64,000 nt of DNA from Acidobacteriota bacterium (GCA_965217775.1 CBDCJH010000002.1:1792001-1856000); one strand, 5' to 3'; counted from the stretch's first letter, positions 40,403-50,900 are shown. Made by a program: numbers and translations. The notes: a model not told the origin generated them from the sequence alone.

Positions 40403-41857
40403 ATGCGTCATCGTTGGAAGCCGATAGAAGACTACGATCCATACGCAGATCTGGCTCCGGCCGAACTCGGTGCTTTGGCCCAAGTCCGGCGCGAACAGCG
40501 TGAGCGGTTGAGCAGTCAGGACTCATATCGCCAGTTCGAGGTGCGATTGAAGCGCGAATGGGCCATCGAGACCGGGTTGATCGAACGCCTCTACACGCTC
40601 GACCGCGGCATCACCCAATTGCTCATCGAACGTGGGATCCACGCGGCATTGATTCCGCACGAGCGCGGGGCGAATCCGGACGCCATTGTGGCGATGATCA
40701 AAGATCACGAGGCGGCAGTCGAAGGCGTTTTCGACTTCGTGAAGGGGACACGACCACTGTCCACGAGCTACATCAAGGAGCTGCACGCCCTGATGACTCA
40801 GCATCAGGAAACCGTGGAGGGCATCGACTCCCTCGGCAGACGGACATCGGTTCCGCTCATTCGCGGTGCATACAAGCGTCTGCCCAATAATCCGTTACGG
40901 TCGGACGGCACGATCCATGAGTACTGCCCACCGGAACAGGTCGATTCGGAGATGGACCGGTTAATCGCCCTGCATCGCGAGCATGACGATGTCGCGCCCG
41001 ATGTCGAGGCGGCTTGGCTGCACCACCGATTCTCGCAGATCCACCCATTCCAGGACGGCAACGGACGGATCGCCCGTGCACTGGCGACGCTGGTGTTCGT
41101 CAAGGCCGGCTGGTTCCCACTGGTGGTCCGGAACCGGGAACGGGCGCAATACATCGGCGCTCTGGAAATCGCCGATGACGGCGACCTGAAACCGCTGGTC
41201 GAGTACTTTTCCGGTCTGCAGAAGCGCGCGTTCGTTCATGCGTTGAACATTGCCGAGGAAATTCGACAGGAGCGCCGCGTCGCGGACACGATCAGGTCGG
41301 TGCGGCGACAACTTCAAAAACGGAGAGACTTTCTTGTTACCGAGTGGGAAGCCGCCAAGTCCATCGCCGCGGCGTTACGGAAGCAAGCTGAGCAACGGTT
41401 GGACGCAGTGGCACAGGAACTGAAGCGCGAAATGTTCGATGTCTTGGAACCTGGCGCTTACTTCACCAGCGGTGCGGAATACGGCGATGAACGCAGCCAT
41501 TACTACCGCTATCAGATCATCCGGACCGCGAAGGAACTTGACTATTTTGCGAACCCACGCAGCTACCGGTCCTGGGCTCGGATGGTGCTGCGCAACACTA
41601 ATCTGACTGAAATCTTGATCGCTTTCCACGGGATCGGCCAAGAATTCCAGGGTGTGCTTGCTTGTTCCGCGTCCTGGTTTCAGCGTGTGTATACGGAGGA
41701 CGGCGAGCGGGAAGTCGGCCCCGTCACGCCAGTGACGGACAGCGTGTTCCTGATCAACTACAAGGAACACCCCGATGAGGCTGCCGCTCGGTTCTCTTCC
41801 TGGCTGGAAGACGCTATCGTGCGCAGTTTGAAACTGTGGCAGGAGACAGCGCTGTGA
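40403..41857 (+). CDS. Fic-domain protein with C-terminal extension
   Basis: HPFQDGNGRIAR; start ATG 40403 or GTG 40391. Confidence 0.9.
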   Translation: MRHRWKPIEDYDPYADLAPAELGALAQVRREQRERLSSQDSYRQFEVRLKREWAIETGLIERLYTLDRGITQLLIERGIHAALIPHERGANPDAIVAMIKDHEAAVEGVFDFVKGTRPLSTSYIKELHALMTQHQETVEGIDSLGRRTSVPLIRGAYKRLPNNPLRSDGTIHEYCPPEQVDSEMDRLIALHREHDDVAPDVEAAWLHHRFSQIHPFQDGNGRIARALATLVFVKAGWFPLVVRNRERAQYIGALEIADDGDLKPLVEYFSGLQKRAFVHALNIAEEIRQERRVADTIRSVRRQLQKRRDFLVTEWEAAKSIAAALRKQAEQRLDAVAQELKREMFDVLEPGAYFTSGAEYGDERSHYYRYQIIRTAKELDYFANPRSYRSWARMVLRNTNLTEILIAFHGIGQEFQGVLACSASWFQRVYTEDGEREVGPVTPVTDSVFLINYKEHPDEAAARFSSWLEDAIVRSLKLWQETAL

Positions 41858-41982
41858 CGCTGACGAGCGATCGGCGATTGCCGCCATCTGCGGTAGGTGA
41901 AATCGCAGATGAAGCGTTGGTATGAAAGCGCAGATCTGAGCAGTCGACGCCGCAGGGCGCCTTCACCGATCCGGGCTGGCCG

Positions 41983-42168
41983 TCAGCCACTCCGCAGCTC
42001 ATCGACCAGTGGAACGCCGCATTGCCGGCATTGCCGCCGGCGCCGAGCGTTGAGAATGCCGCACTCCGGGCACCGCCGGTACATGACCCGGGCGAAGAGT
42101 TGGGTCAGGAGTGCGCACCCGCCCAAGATCGCCACTACCAGCAGAATGCTCAGGATCGTCGCCGCCAT
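41983..42168 (-). CDS. Small membrane zinc-ribbon protein
   Basis: TM helix then CPEC...CRQC. Confidence 0.65.
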   Translation of the reverse strand: MAATILSILLVVAILGGCALLTQLFARVMYRRCPECGILNARRRRQCRQCGVPLVDELRSG

Positions 42169-42173
42169 AAGGT

Positions 42174-43172
42174 CTACCGGAACGAAGAGTGCGTCTTTGA
42201 GACGGCGGAATCGGAACCCCGGGAGTTGGAAGAGCGAATCGAGGGAAAGGGGCTGGACCATCCCGCCCGGAGAAAGCAGTCCCGGGCCTGTTGCTGCAGC
42301 CACTCGGTCACGTTTCGGTGGGGGAGCAGACCCTTTCCGTCAGCCCGGTAGTCCAATCCCTGGAGAACCTCATCATAGGGCCCGAATCCGAAGACTCGGA
42401 ACGGGACCACCAGCACTCGTCCCTGCCGGCTCTGTTTCGAGACGAAACCCCGGATCCTCTCCTCGGCCACCCTGCGCTTGGCTTCCCAGTCTTCTCTCAA
42501 GGTTTCGACCCGAACCGCCCGAAACCGCCCCAGGACCCTCAGCCCCTGGGTCAGGCTCTCAATCCGGTCCTTCCAGTACCGGTCACGGGCGTCGGATTCG
42601 ACTCCGTGTCCGATGACGAGCACCGACTCGGCCGCCGGAGATTCGCTCAATGCCCGGACCCGGTCCAACAGCACACCCCCGGCCAGCCGTGAGTCCAGCA
42701 GACCCGCAACGCTCAGGACAACCTGGGAATCCAACTCGATAGGAGGGGGGATCTCCGCGCCTCTCAGCAACCGGACCGCATCGCGGGACATCGCCTGATG
42801 GTGATGTTCGGAATCGTGGTGCAGGAAGAACGGCGGAGGCTCGCCCCTCACACCCAGCAGGTATTCGGTCTGGGACAGAAAGGATCTGCCGTCCACGAAG
42901 AGCCGGACCACCGCTATCTTTCGGACACCCTGCTCCTCAAGCCGCAGAATGCCCTTTCGCAATGGCTCCCGTTGCGCCATTCCGTAGGCCACAACCACCG
43001 GACATATCTTCTCCAGTGGCGCCACGGCCTCCTTGACGGCCCGGTTCCATTGCTCGTCGCCCCCGTGAGCCATGATCAGCAGACCGACCTCGTGGGAGCC
43101 GCCTGTCGCCCCCTTGGACCAGACGGTCCCAACTCCCATCAACAAAACGCCGATCCACACCCGCCGCCTCAT
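42174..43172 (-). CDS. Exported CbiX/SirB-like chelatase-fold protein
   Basis: Signal peptide, IMAHGG, VVRLFV, His-rich insert, IGHG. Confidence 0.75.
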   Translation of the reverse strand: MRRRVWIGVLLMGVGTVWSKGATGGSHEVGLLIMAHGGDEQWNRAVKEAVAPLEKICPVVVAYGMAQREPLRKGILRLEEQGVRKIAVVRLFVDGRSFLSQTEYLLGVRGEPPPFFLHHDSEHHHQAMSRDAVRLLRGAEIPPPIELDSQVVLSVAGLLDSRLAGGVLLDRVRALSESPAAESVLVIGHGVESDARDRYWKDRIESLTQGLRVLGRFRAVRVETLREDWEAKRRVAEERIRGFVSKQSRQGRVLVVPFRVFGFGPYDEVLQGLDYRADGKGLLPHRNVTEWLQQQARDCFLRAGWSSPFPSIRSSNSRGSDSAVSKTHSSFR

Positions 43173-43504
43173 GGCCACACCCGCCGTCCACTTGAGCCGT
43201 CTGTGGCAGGCATTCGGGACAGAAACCGAATCCATCGAACCGTATCCTCTCCAGTCGTTTTATCGGGGCGTCATCATGGAACAGAACCCTTCCGAGTTCA
43301 AACTTTCCGGGAAAGCGGTGGGAGTCTCTCCGGCACCTCGTACCGGTCCCGGCGCCAGTCCTCCAACCCGCATTTTTCGGCACGCGACCAGCGTAGCCGA
43401 CGACGCCGATTCTATCTTCACCCGCCTGCCGCTTCTATAATAGAAGTCTCCTGCGAAGAACCTGCCGGGCGGGTCTCCCGGTGCAAAATGGGGTGAAGAG
43501 AACG

Positions 43505-43876
43505 GTGCCGATCATTCGTCTGAAGCTACTGATTCGGGACGACACAGAACGTATCCGCCAGGAGACGTTGCAGGCGTTGGCCGACGAGCTCGGTAGATAC
43601 TTCGGGTCGAGCCCGGCGGGGACGTGGGTTGAAGCCGACTACCTACCGGCCGAACAGTACGCGGAAAACCTGTGCGAGCTTGCCGAGGATGTGAAACCCA
43701 CCCTGGTTTACGTATTGAGACACCACCTGCCGCACGAAGAGGAACTCGCGCGGGAAGCCAAGGAGCTTGCCCGAATAATCGCCATGCGACTGCAGCGGCC
43801 CCGAAGCTACACACACGTCATCTACGAGCCGGCCGGCAAGGGACGCGTTGCCTTTGGCGGCACCCTGGTCAGGTGA
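43505..43876 (+). CDS. Tautomerase superfamily protein
   Basis: GTG start gives N-terminal Pro (PIIRL); two beta-alpha-beta units; ends GRVAFGG. Confidence 0.7.
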   Translation: MPIIRLKLLIRDDTERIRQETLQALADELGRYFGSSPAGTWVEADYLPAEQYAENLCELAEDVKPTLVYVLRHHLPHEEELAREAKELARIIAMRLQRPRSYTHVIYEPAGKGRVAFGGTLVR

Positions 43877-43963
43877 TCTCTGCACTCGCATACTTCATTG
43901 CTTGATATCAGGCTTCCTTGCTATAGTGACGGCCTCAACGGGTCCAGTACAAGGAGCACGGAA

Positions 43964-44329
43964 ATGACCTACATAGTGACCGAACGATGCGTTGACAACC
44001 GATACACCGACTGTGTCGCCGACTGTCCAGTCGACTGCTTCTACGAGATTGAAGATCCTCACATGCTGATCATCAATCCGGACGAGTGCATCGACTGCGA
44101 CGCCTGCGTCTCGTTGTGCCCGGTCAACGCCATCTACCCCGAGTCCGAGGTGCCGGAAGAGTACGACGAGTGGATCGACATGAATGACGAGGAACTCTGC
44201 ACCGACGACAATCGGGTCACCGACACCGACGGGCCGCTGGACTCGGCCATCACCATCGAAGAGGTGAAAGAAAGGGAGGAAGAGGATTTCGGCGAGGCAG
44301 TGGAGGATCCATCCAGCGCCGCACACTGA
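43964..44329 (+). CDS. fdxA: 7Fe-type ferredoxin with acidic tail
   Basis: C-x7-C...CPVDCF...INPDECIDCDACVSLCPVNAI; AAGGAG RBS. Confidence 0.88.
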   Translation: MTYIVTERCVDNRYTDCVADCPVDCFYEIEDPHMLIINPDECIDCDACVSLCPVNAIYPESEVPEEYDEWIDMNDEELCTDDNRVTDTDGPLDSAITIEEVKEREEEDFGEAVEDPSSAAH

Positions 44330-44633
44330 ATGCTTCCCCTCTCTGCTTGAGGGTCGATCCCGGCTTCCCGGATCCGGACCGCCTATTGTCTGAGGTTCCC
44401 CGGGTTCGGGAGGAGGACATTCGAGGAGAATTCGGAGCGGGACCACATCCGCTTGCATTTCCCGTCCCAGATCGAGTCTTTTCCAGGCGGCGCGCCGGCT
44501 TTCGCGGCCCCACATGGGGGTGGAATGCGGAAGCTGCCTCCAGTATCCGGCGTTGGACATCCTGGTTTCCCCTTGCAGATCCTCTGTCCCTTCCCTGCGT
44601 TCGGTCCAACTCTTTCCCGGAGGTGCAACCCTG

Positions 44634-44795
44634 ACAGCCCGTGGCAAAAGTCGTCACGGCATTCGACCGGGTCTGCATCGTGCGCGGACTGCGTTGCTCC
44701 TCGGTCACATACTCCCGGTATGCTCCCTCAGAGTGCCTTGTCCGGCGGACGCAGCCCCGGTCTCGGTGCTGCGTGAGACTTTCACCACGGACTGT
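44634..44795. mobile_element. MITE family B
   Basis: Imperfect terminal inverted repeat ACAGCCCGTGGCAAAAGTC / GACTTTCACCACGGACTGT, flanked by TG; non-coding. Confidence 0.7.
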
Positions 44796-44862
44796 TGAGG
44801 TCCGGTCGTAGTAGACTGGGCGAACAGCGCGCCCGAACCGGCTGACAGGAGACACCTAAGCG

Positions 44863-45675
44863 ATGAAACGGAACAAGCTGAGAGAGGCGCTGAAGGCCGG
44901 GAGACCCACCGTAGGGACCCACATCCAGAGTTCGTGGCCATCGGTGACGGAAATCATCGGGCACACGGGTGTCTTCGACTACATCGAATTCGTGGCGGAG
45001 TACGCCCCATTCGACCTCTTCTCCCTGGAAAACGTGTGCCGGGCAGCAGAGTTGGTGGGACTTTCCACCATGATCAAGCTGGACCAGGAGCCCAGGCGCT
45101 TCCTGGCTCAACGTTCCATCGGAGCCGGTTTCGACAGCGTCCTGTTCGCCGACTGCCGGAATCCGGACGACGTACGAGAGTGCGTTCGGGCGGTGAAGCC
45201 GGAAACTCCCGCCGCCGGCGGCTACCACGGGGTCGGGGTGCGGAGAAGCAGCTACGTGCATGGTTCCGGACAGCCGGATTACGCTCAGCAGTTGGACGAC
45301 GTGGTGATCGCGTTCATGATCGAGAAGAGTTCCGCGGTCGACGCCCTCGACGAGATCCTGGCCCTGGGAGGGGTGGACATGATCCAGTGGGGTCCCGCCG
45401 ATTACGCCCTGAGCATCGGCCGTCCCGGTGAATTTCATGCTCCCGACGTTCGCGAGACCGAGCGCCGGGTCATCGCCACCTGCCTCGCCGCGGGGGTCCC
45501 GCCCCGAGCGGAGATCGAGAGCGTGGACAGGGCCAAGTACTACCTGGATCTGGGGGTTCGCCACTTCTGCCTGGGCACCGACATCATGATTCTGTATCAG
45601 TTTCTGAGAGACCAGGGAGAGAAGCTGCAGGACGAGCTGGGAGAGACGCTCGGGGAACCGCTGGCGGGGAGTTGA
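44863..45675 (+). CDS. HpcH/HpaI aldolase family
   Basis: FDYIEFVAEY, MIEK, QWGPADYALSIG. Confidence 0.85.
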   Translation: MKRNKLREALKAGRPTVGTHIQSSWPSVTEIIGHTGVFDYIEFVAEYAPFDLFSLENVCRAAELVGLSTMIKLDQEPRRFLAQRSIGAGFDSVLFADCRNPDDVRECVRAVKPETPAAGGYHGVGVRRSSYVHGSGQPDYAQQLDDVVIAFMIEKSSAVDALDEILALGGVDMIQWGPADYALSIGRPGEFHAPDVRETERRVIATCLAAGVPPRAEIESVDRAKYYLDLGVRHFCLGTDIMILYQFLRDQGEKLQDELGETLGEPLAGS

Positions 45676-45753
45676 CCCTCCCTGCGACGGTGTCGGCCCC
45701 GGATTTGGGGACGAGGTGAAAGGCTGGCCGTTACAGACTCACGGGAGGAGACA

Positions 45754-46827
45754 ATGCATCGATCCACATCCGTAACTCCAAGTCGCCGGTTCTCATGGGC
45801 CCTGACCACCACTCTCCTCGCCGGCCTATGGGGATGCGCCCCGGCCCCCCCACCGGCCGAGGAACCGGCCCCGCAGTGGCCTGAATTGGCCGGCTACGAG
45901 GCCATGTCCATACCCGAGGGCAACGCCATGACGGTCGCCAAGATCGAATTGGGGAAACAGCTCTACTACGATCCCCGGCTCAGCGGAGACGGAGTTCGCT
46001 CCTGTTACGGCTGCCACCTGAACGAACACGGCCTGACCGACGGCAAGCCCCTCGCCATCGGGGCTTTCGACAAGACCCTGACCCGGTCCAGCCCGACGCT
46101 GTGGAACATCGGATACCATTCCGAGCTCTACTGGGACGGACGCACCAAAGGCCTGGAAGCCCAGGTGAAGGGTGCCTGGCGCGGTGGAAACATGGGCGCC
46201 TCGGGTAAGGACGGCGCTCCCAGCATGGACGACGTCTGTGCCAAGCTGGACGAGATCTCCGGTTACAAGGAGCAATTTCAGGCAATCTTCGGCGGCGAAG
46301 CCAATCCCGACCGCGTCGCCCAGGCGGTGGCGTCGTTCATGCGGACCATCGTCGCCGTGGGTTCTCCCTGGGTTCGTTTCCGGGAAGGCGACGAGTCGGC
46401 CCTGAGTGAAGCGGCCCGCCGCGGCTACACCATTTTCAGCGAGAAGGCCAAGTGCACCAACTGCCACGACGGCCTGCTGCTGACCGATCTCCAGTACCAC
46501 AACGTGGGCATCGGAATGGACGCCGAATCCCCGGACATCGGCCGGGCCAAGGTCTCCGGAGACGAAAAGGACACCGGCGCCTTCAAGACACCCACGCTTC
46601 TGGACATCGCGGAATCGGCGCCCTATTTCCACGATGGGAGCGCCGCGACCCTGGAAGATGCGGTTCAGGTGATGCTCGACGGGGGAAAGCCCAATCAGTG
46701 GCTTGACGAGGAAAACATTCGGGAAACCAAGGAAGCCGAGCTGACCGAAGAGGAAGTGGCCGACCTCCTGGCCTTCCTGCGCGAGCTCAACGTCGACTAC
46801 GACGTCAGCCCGCCGGAGCTGCCTTGA
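45754..46827 (+). CDS. Di-heme cytochrome c peroxidase/MauG family lipoprotein
   Basis: LWGC lipobox, CYGCH, CTNCH, FKTPTL, PYFHDG. Confidence 0.9.
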   Translation: MHRSTSVTPSRRFSWALTTTLLAGLWGCAPAPPPAEEPAPQWPELAGYEAMSIPEGNAMTVAKIELGKQLYYDPRLSGDGVRSCYGCHLNEHGLTDGKPLAIGAFDKTLTRSSPTLWNIGYHSELYWDGRTKGLEAQVKGAWRGGNMGASGKDGAPSMDDVCAKLDEISGYKEQFQAIFGGEANPDRVAQAVASFMRTIVAVGSPWVRFREGDESALSEAARRGYTIFSEKAKCTNCHDGLLLTDLQYHNVGIGMDAESPDIGRAKVSGDEKDTGAFKTPTLLDIAESAPYFHDGSAATLEDAVQVMLDGGKPNQWLDEENIRETKEAELTEEEVADLLAFLRELNVDYDVSPPELP

Positions 46828-47602
46828 CCGAACTGTCGAGCAGGCAATCGTCGTCTTCCGGAACGATGGGTGTGAAATCCCGGTGGGCGATCCATTCGGG
46901 CCGTTTGAACCTGCGGATGTGGTTGCTCACTTCACAGAGGCTCAGATAGACGATCGTCCGGTTCCAGGGGCTGATGTTGGACGGACTGGCGTGGACCAGA
47001 TTTCCGTGAAACATGATGACGGATCCGGGCGGTCCCAGCGGGACCTCGATTCCTCCCTCGTCGGCCAACCGGGTGATGGTCGCCCGATCCAGGGTCCAGA
47101 GCGGGTAGCTCGTACTCTCCAGATCGTGTCCCGCCTGCAGGACACCCAGCTTGTGACTTCCGGGAATGAACATGAGGGGGCCGTTGGCCGCCGTGACCGG
47201 GTCCAGAAAGACGGCGATGTTCATGGCCCGCGCCTCCGGCATGTGATCGTCCCGCCTCCAGGTTCCGTAGTCCTGATGCCATTGCCAGACCTCGCCGTCG
47301 AAGGCGGCCTTGGCGTTCACCTTGAATTGGTGCATGTACACCGGACCGCCCAGGATCTGCATGACCGGCTCGATGAGCCGCGGATGGGCGCCCAGCAGGC
47401 GAAACGGCTCGCTGTAGATGTGGGCGGCGAAGGCCGTCCGGGCGGCGCCGCTGCTCTCCCGCCAGACCTCCGGCCGGTCCAGCTTGTAGATCCGGCGCGC
47501 CTCCGCCCGCAACGGCGCAACCTCCTCCTTCTGGAATCGGCCGGGCAGAAAGAGGTACCCGTCCTGGCGGAACGTTTCCAACTGCGCGGCAGCGAGTTTC
47601 AT
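46805..47602 (-). CDS. PhyH-family 2OG-Fe(II) dioxygenase
   Basis: WHQD, NGPLMFIPGSH, LVHAS..N. Confidence 0.88.
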   Translation of the reverse strand: MKLAAAQLETFRQDGYLFLPGRFQKEEVAPLRAEARRIYKLDRPEVWRESSGAARTAFAAHIYSEPFRLLGAHPRLIEPVMQILGGPVYMHQFKVNAKAAFDGEVWQWHQDYGTWRRDDHMPEARAMNIAVFLDPVTAANGPLMFIPGSHKLGVLQAGHDLESTSYPLWTLDRATITRLADEGGIEVPLGPPGSVIMFHGNLVHASPSNISPWNRTIVYLSLCEVSNHIRRFKRPEWIAHRDFTPIVPEDDDCLLDSSVKAAPAG

Positions 47603-47733
47603 TTCGGTGAAATCTACCACAGATCCCGGGGAACCGGCACGGCGCGCGGAGGCCGGGCAGGTCGAGCGCCGTCAGGCGCCGTCGGCGTTCCGGACCGGAC
47701 CGGGAACAGCCCAGGCTGACTGCAGGAGGACTT

Positions 47734-49413
47734 ATCTCCAAACATCCCATCAGTGGAAATGTCCAAGGCATCCGAGCCTCGCAACGGCGGATGCTGGAGC
47801 GCACCTATCGCCGCCGCGTGCCGCCCCGGCAAGCCATAACTCCCGAACTGGCTCGACATTTGACGTCTGCATCACACGACCTGGGCCGCGAAGTCGGGGT
47901 CCTGATCGGCCGCGACGGCATCGTGCGAAACGTGATCGTCGGCAACGCCCGCGGACTCATGCTGCCGGACATCGGCCGTCTCCGGGGCGGGACCGGACGA
48001 TTTCGCGGACTGCGGCTACTGCACACGCGCCTCCGGGGTTCGGCCCTCACCCACGACGACCTGAACGACCTGGTCCTGCTTCGTCTCGATCTGGTGGCCG
48101 TCATCGAGGTGTTGGAAGGGGGTTGGCCGGGAAGGCTGGAAGCCGCCTATCTCGATCCCGCGTCCCTGGCCGGCAGTGGCAACGGCGACTCAGCGGCCGA
48201 ACCCTTCCTGCGAATCCGATCCCGTTCGGTCCATGACCTGGACCTGGATTTCCAGGCCACGATCCAGGCGCTGGAGCGGGAGTTCGCCCGCCTGGCCCGA
48301 AGGACCCGGGGACCGAAAGGCGCCGAGCGGGTCATGGTCGTCGGCCTCCGGCCCGAGGACGCCCATTATGCCGAGACTCTGGAACTGGTCCGTTCCGCCG
48401 GCGCCACCATTGCCGGACGGATGCGCCAACGCCGGCCCAGGATCCATCCGCGCACCGTCCTGGGCAAGGGCAAGCTGGAGGAGCTGGTCCTGGAGAGCAT
48501 GCGCTGCAACGCCACCGCGGCCGTCTTCGACATCGATCTGAAGCCGGCGCAGGCCCGGGCGTTCGAAGACCGGACCGGCCTCAAGGCGGTGGACCGGACC
48601 CAATTGATCCTGGACATCTTCGCCCAGCGAGCCCGCAGCGCCGACGGCAAGCTTCAAGTCGAACTGGCTCAACTGAAGTATTCGTTGCCCCGCTTGACCG
48701 AGAAGGACGAGGGGTTGTCCCGTCTCACCGGCGGCATCGGGGGACGAGGACCGGGCGAAACGGTCATGGAAATCGGCCGGCGCCGGATTCGAACGCGAAT
48801 CCGGCGGCTGGAGAAGCGGGTCGAACACCTCTCGCGTCAGCGCGAGCTCCGGCGCAGGCGGCGGCGCCGTCAGGGGCTTCCCGTGCTTTCCATCATCGGC
48901 TACACCAACGCCGGCAAGAGCACTCTTCTCAACGCCCTGACCAACAGTGTCGTCGAGGCCCGGGACAAGCTCTTCATGACCCTCGACCCCACCAGCCGGC
49001 GTCTTCGTTTCCCCCGCGAGGGAGAGGTGCTCATCACCGACACGGTCGGATTCATCGCCGAGCTGCCTCCGGACCTGATCTCCGCCTTCCGGGCGACACT
49101 GGAAGAGCTGTTGGAGGCCAACCTCCTGCTGCACGTCATCGATGCCGCGGACCCGGAGTTGGACGACAGGATCCGGGCGGTGGAGATGCTGCTGGTCGAC
49201 CTGGGTCTGAACCGGATCCCGCTGGTGAAGGTGCTCAACAAGATCGATCTGTTGCCCCCGGAACAGGTGAAGGCCCTCTGCGGCCGGCTCGGTGGACTGG
49301 CGGTGAGCGCAACTCGACGCGAGGGGCTGGCGAAATTGGTGAAGACCGCGGAGGACCGGTTGTCCCTGCCCAAAGCTCCACGGACGGATCCTATCTCGAC
49401 AATGCCGATTTAA
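47734..49413 (+). CDS. hflX: Long-form GTPase HflX (probable ATC start; first ATG 47791)
   Basis: DIFAQRARS, GGRGPGET, GYTNAGKSTLLN, DTVGF, NKID. Confidence 0.93.
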   Translation: MSKHPISGNVQGIRASQRRMLERTYRRRVPPRQAITPELARHLTSASHDLGREVGVLIGRDGIVRNVIVGNARGLMLPDIGRLRGGTGRFRGLRLLHTRLRGSALTHDDLNDLVLLRLDLVAVIEVLEGGWPGRLEAAYLDPASLAGSGNGDSAAEPFLRIRSRSVHDLDLDFQATIQALEREFARLARRTRGPKGAERVMVVGLRPEDAHYAETLELVRSAGATIAGRMRQRRPRIHPRTVLGKGKLEELVLESMRCNATAAVFDIDLKPAQARAFEDRTGLKAVDRTQLILDIFAQRARSADGKLQVELAQLKYSLPRLTEKDEGLSRLTGGIGGRGPGETVMEIGRRRIRTRIRRLEKRVEHLSRQRELRRRRRRRQGLPVLSIIGYTNAGKSTLLNALTNSVVEARDKLFMTLDPTSRRLRFPREGEVLITDTVGFIAELPPDLISAFRATLEELLEANLLLHVIDAADPELDDRIRAVEMLLVDLGLNRIPLVKVLNKIDLLPPEQVKALCGRLGGLAVSATRREGLAKLVKTAEDRLSLPKAPRTDPISTMPI

Positions 49414-49656
49414 CCCGCATTTCTCACCAGGTCGCTACGCGTATTATGAAAAAGGACCTGTTTTTGCGCATTTAAGCGAATTTTCCCAAGGTTTCTCCGG
49501 GACAGACTGCGCTGGGCGCGCGCTCGCTGGTCTTTTCGCCCTCAGCGCGCACATGCTCCCTCAAGCGTAGTCACCACTACGCTCTCAGTCGCGAGCACGC
49601 GCTGAGGGCGAAAATCCTGCGCGATCGTCACGCCCCCTGGTGAGAAATGCGGGTTA
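49411..49656. mobile_element. MITE family A, full-length copy 2
   Basis: TAACCCGCATTTCTCA...TGAGAAATGCGGGTTA; overlaps the hflX stop. Confidence 0.9.
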
Positions 49657-49682
49657 GCCGGCGGAGACCACAGGGAATCGAG

Positions 49683-50900
49683 TCACCGTAGCGGATTCTC
49701 GTACCAGACCACGTTCTGGCTGAGCCGGCCGGCCACGAGCAGGTCCAGGTCGCCGTCCCCATCCAGATCCACGGCGCGAATGTCGTAGGACTCCTGATCC
49801 CGATCCAGGACGTGGATCCGGAACCGGCCCGACCCGTCGTTTTCGTACCAGGCGGCCATCTTGGACCCGAAGGCGCAGGTCGCCGCATCCATGTCGCCGT
49901 CCCCATCCAGGTCGGCCACGGTCAGGGCGTGAGGTTCCCGGATCTCGGGATGGATCTCATGGACCTTCCAAAAGGGCGCTTCGAACCAGATCACACCCTG
50001 CGCATGCCCCCGAGAGGCCACGAAATCGACCCGGCCGTCTCCGTTGACGTCGGCCGGATGGATATTGGTGGCTCCGGGCTCGAGGCCTCCCAACCGGTGC
50101 CGTTTCCAGACCGCTTCCGGATCCTTCGGGGCTTCCCACCAGGCGAACCAGTTTCCCAGACCCGTCGTATCGGAAGGACCTCCCTTGGCGGCCGAGGCGA
50201 TGTCGGGTCGTCCGTCTCCGTTGACGTCTCCGAATCCCAGGTAGTGACTGAGTCCCGGCGCGTCCCGGTGGGCGAACACGAAACGATGCCAGGAAGCGGC
50301 CTGCTTCGGTTTTTCCGGAATCCGGTACCAGACCAGGGAATCGCGGAACGGCCCCATGGGCTGGGCGCTGGTGGCCAACAGGTCCAGGCGCCCGTCCCGA
50401 TCCACGTCACCGGTAAGGAGCCCATGAATGCCGTCGACCCGATCGTCGACCAGCCGCTCCTTCCAGGCATCGGTCTCGGGGTTCTCAGGCTGCTCCAACC
50501 AGGTGATCAGGCCCGGCTTGTAGCGGGCTCCGACCCAGTCCAGGTCACCGTCGCCGTCCACGTCCAAGGCCTCGCTGTGGATGAAGTTCCTCTCGTCCTC
50601 CGGCCCCAGAAGGATCTCCTTCCAATCGGGAGCCACCAGCAGGCGGGTCCGCCCGTCGCTGTTGGCGATGACGTCGGGTAGACCGTCTCCCGTGAAATCG
50701 CCGCCCACGGCGGTGTAGGCGTTGGCGCCGGAATAGACCTGATGCTTGCGCCATTTCCCTTCTCCGCCGGCGGCGCCCGAAACCGGATCCACGAACAGGG
50801 AAAGCGCCGCCATCGCGGCCACCGCGGGAAGGAAACGGGAGCAACAGAGTCTCGACGTCTCCATCAAAGAAGCCTGGTCTGGTTGAATCGACTGCATCAT
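49683..50900 (-). CDS. FG-GAP/VCBS repeat secreted protein
   Basis: Multiple DxDGDGxxD repeats, signal peptide; start uncertain. Confidence 0.88.
   Translation of the reverse strand: MMQSIQPDQASLMETSRLCCSRFLPAVAAMAALSLFVDPVSGAAGGEGKWRKHQVYSGANAYTAVGGDFTGDGLPDVIANSDGRTRLLVAPDWKEILLGPEDERNFIHSEALDVDGDGDLDWVGARYKPGLITWLEQPENPETDAWKERLVDDRVDGIHGLLTGDVDRDGRLDLLATSAQPMGPFRDSLVWYRIPEKPKQAASWHRFVFAHRDAPGLSHYLGFGDVNGDGRPDIASAAKGGPSDTTGLGNWFAWWEAPKDPEAVWKRHRLGGLEPGATNIHPADVNGDGRVDFVASRGHAQGVIWFEAPFWKVHEIHPEIREPHALTVADLDGDGDMDAATCAFGSKMAAWYENDGSGRFRIHVLDRDQESYDIRAVDLDGDGDLDLLVAGRLSQNVVWYENPLR

Noticed and set aside
43180-43480. Cobalamin riboswitch upstream of the CbiX-like gene
   Set aside because: No recognisable B12-box on the relevant strand.
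43895-44647. Minus-strand ORF with RBS-like sequence
   Set aside because: Runs antisense through the ferredoxin and has no recognisable motifs.
46805-47602. Ectoine hydroxylase ectD
   Set aside because: Has WQWHQDYGTW rather than the FxWHSDFETWH signature; no ect genes nearby.
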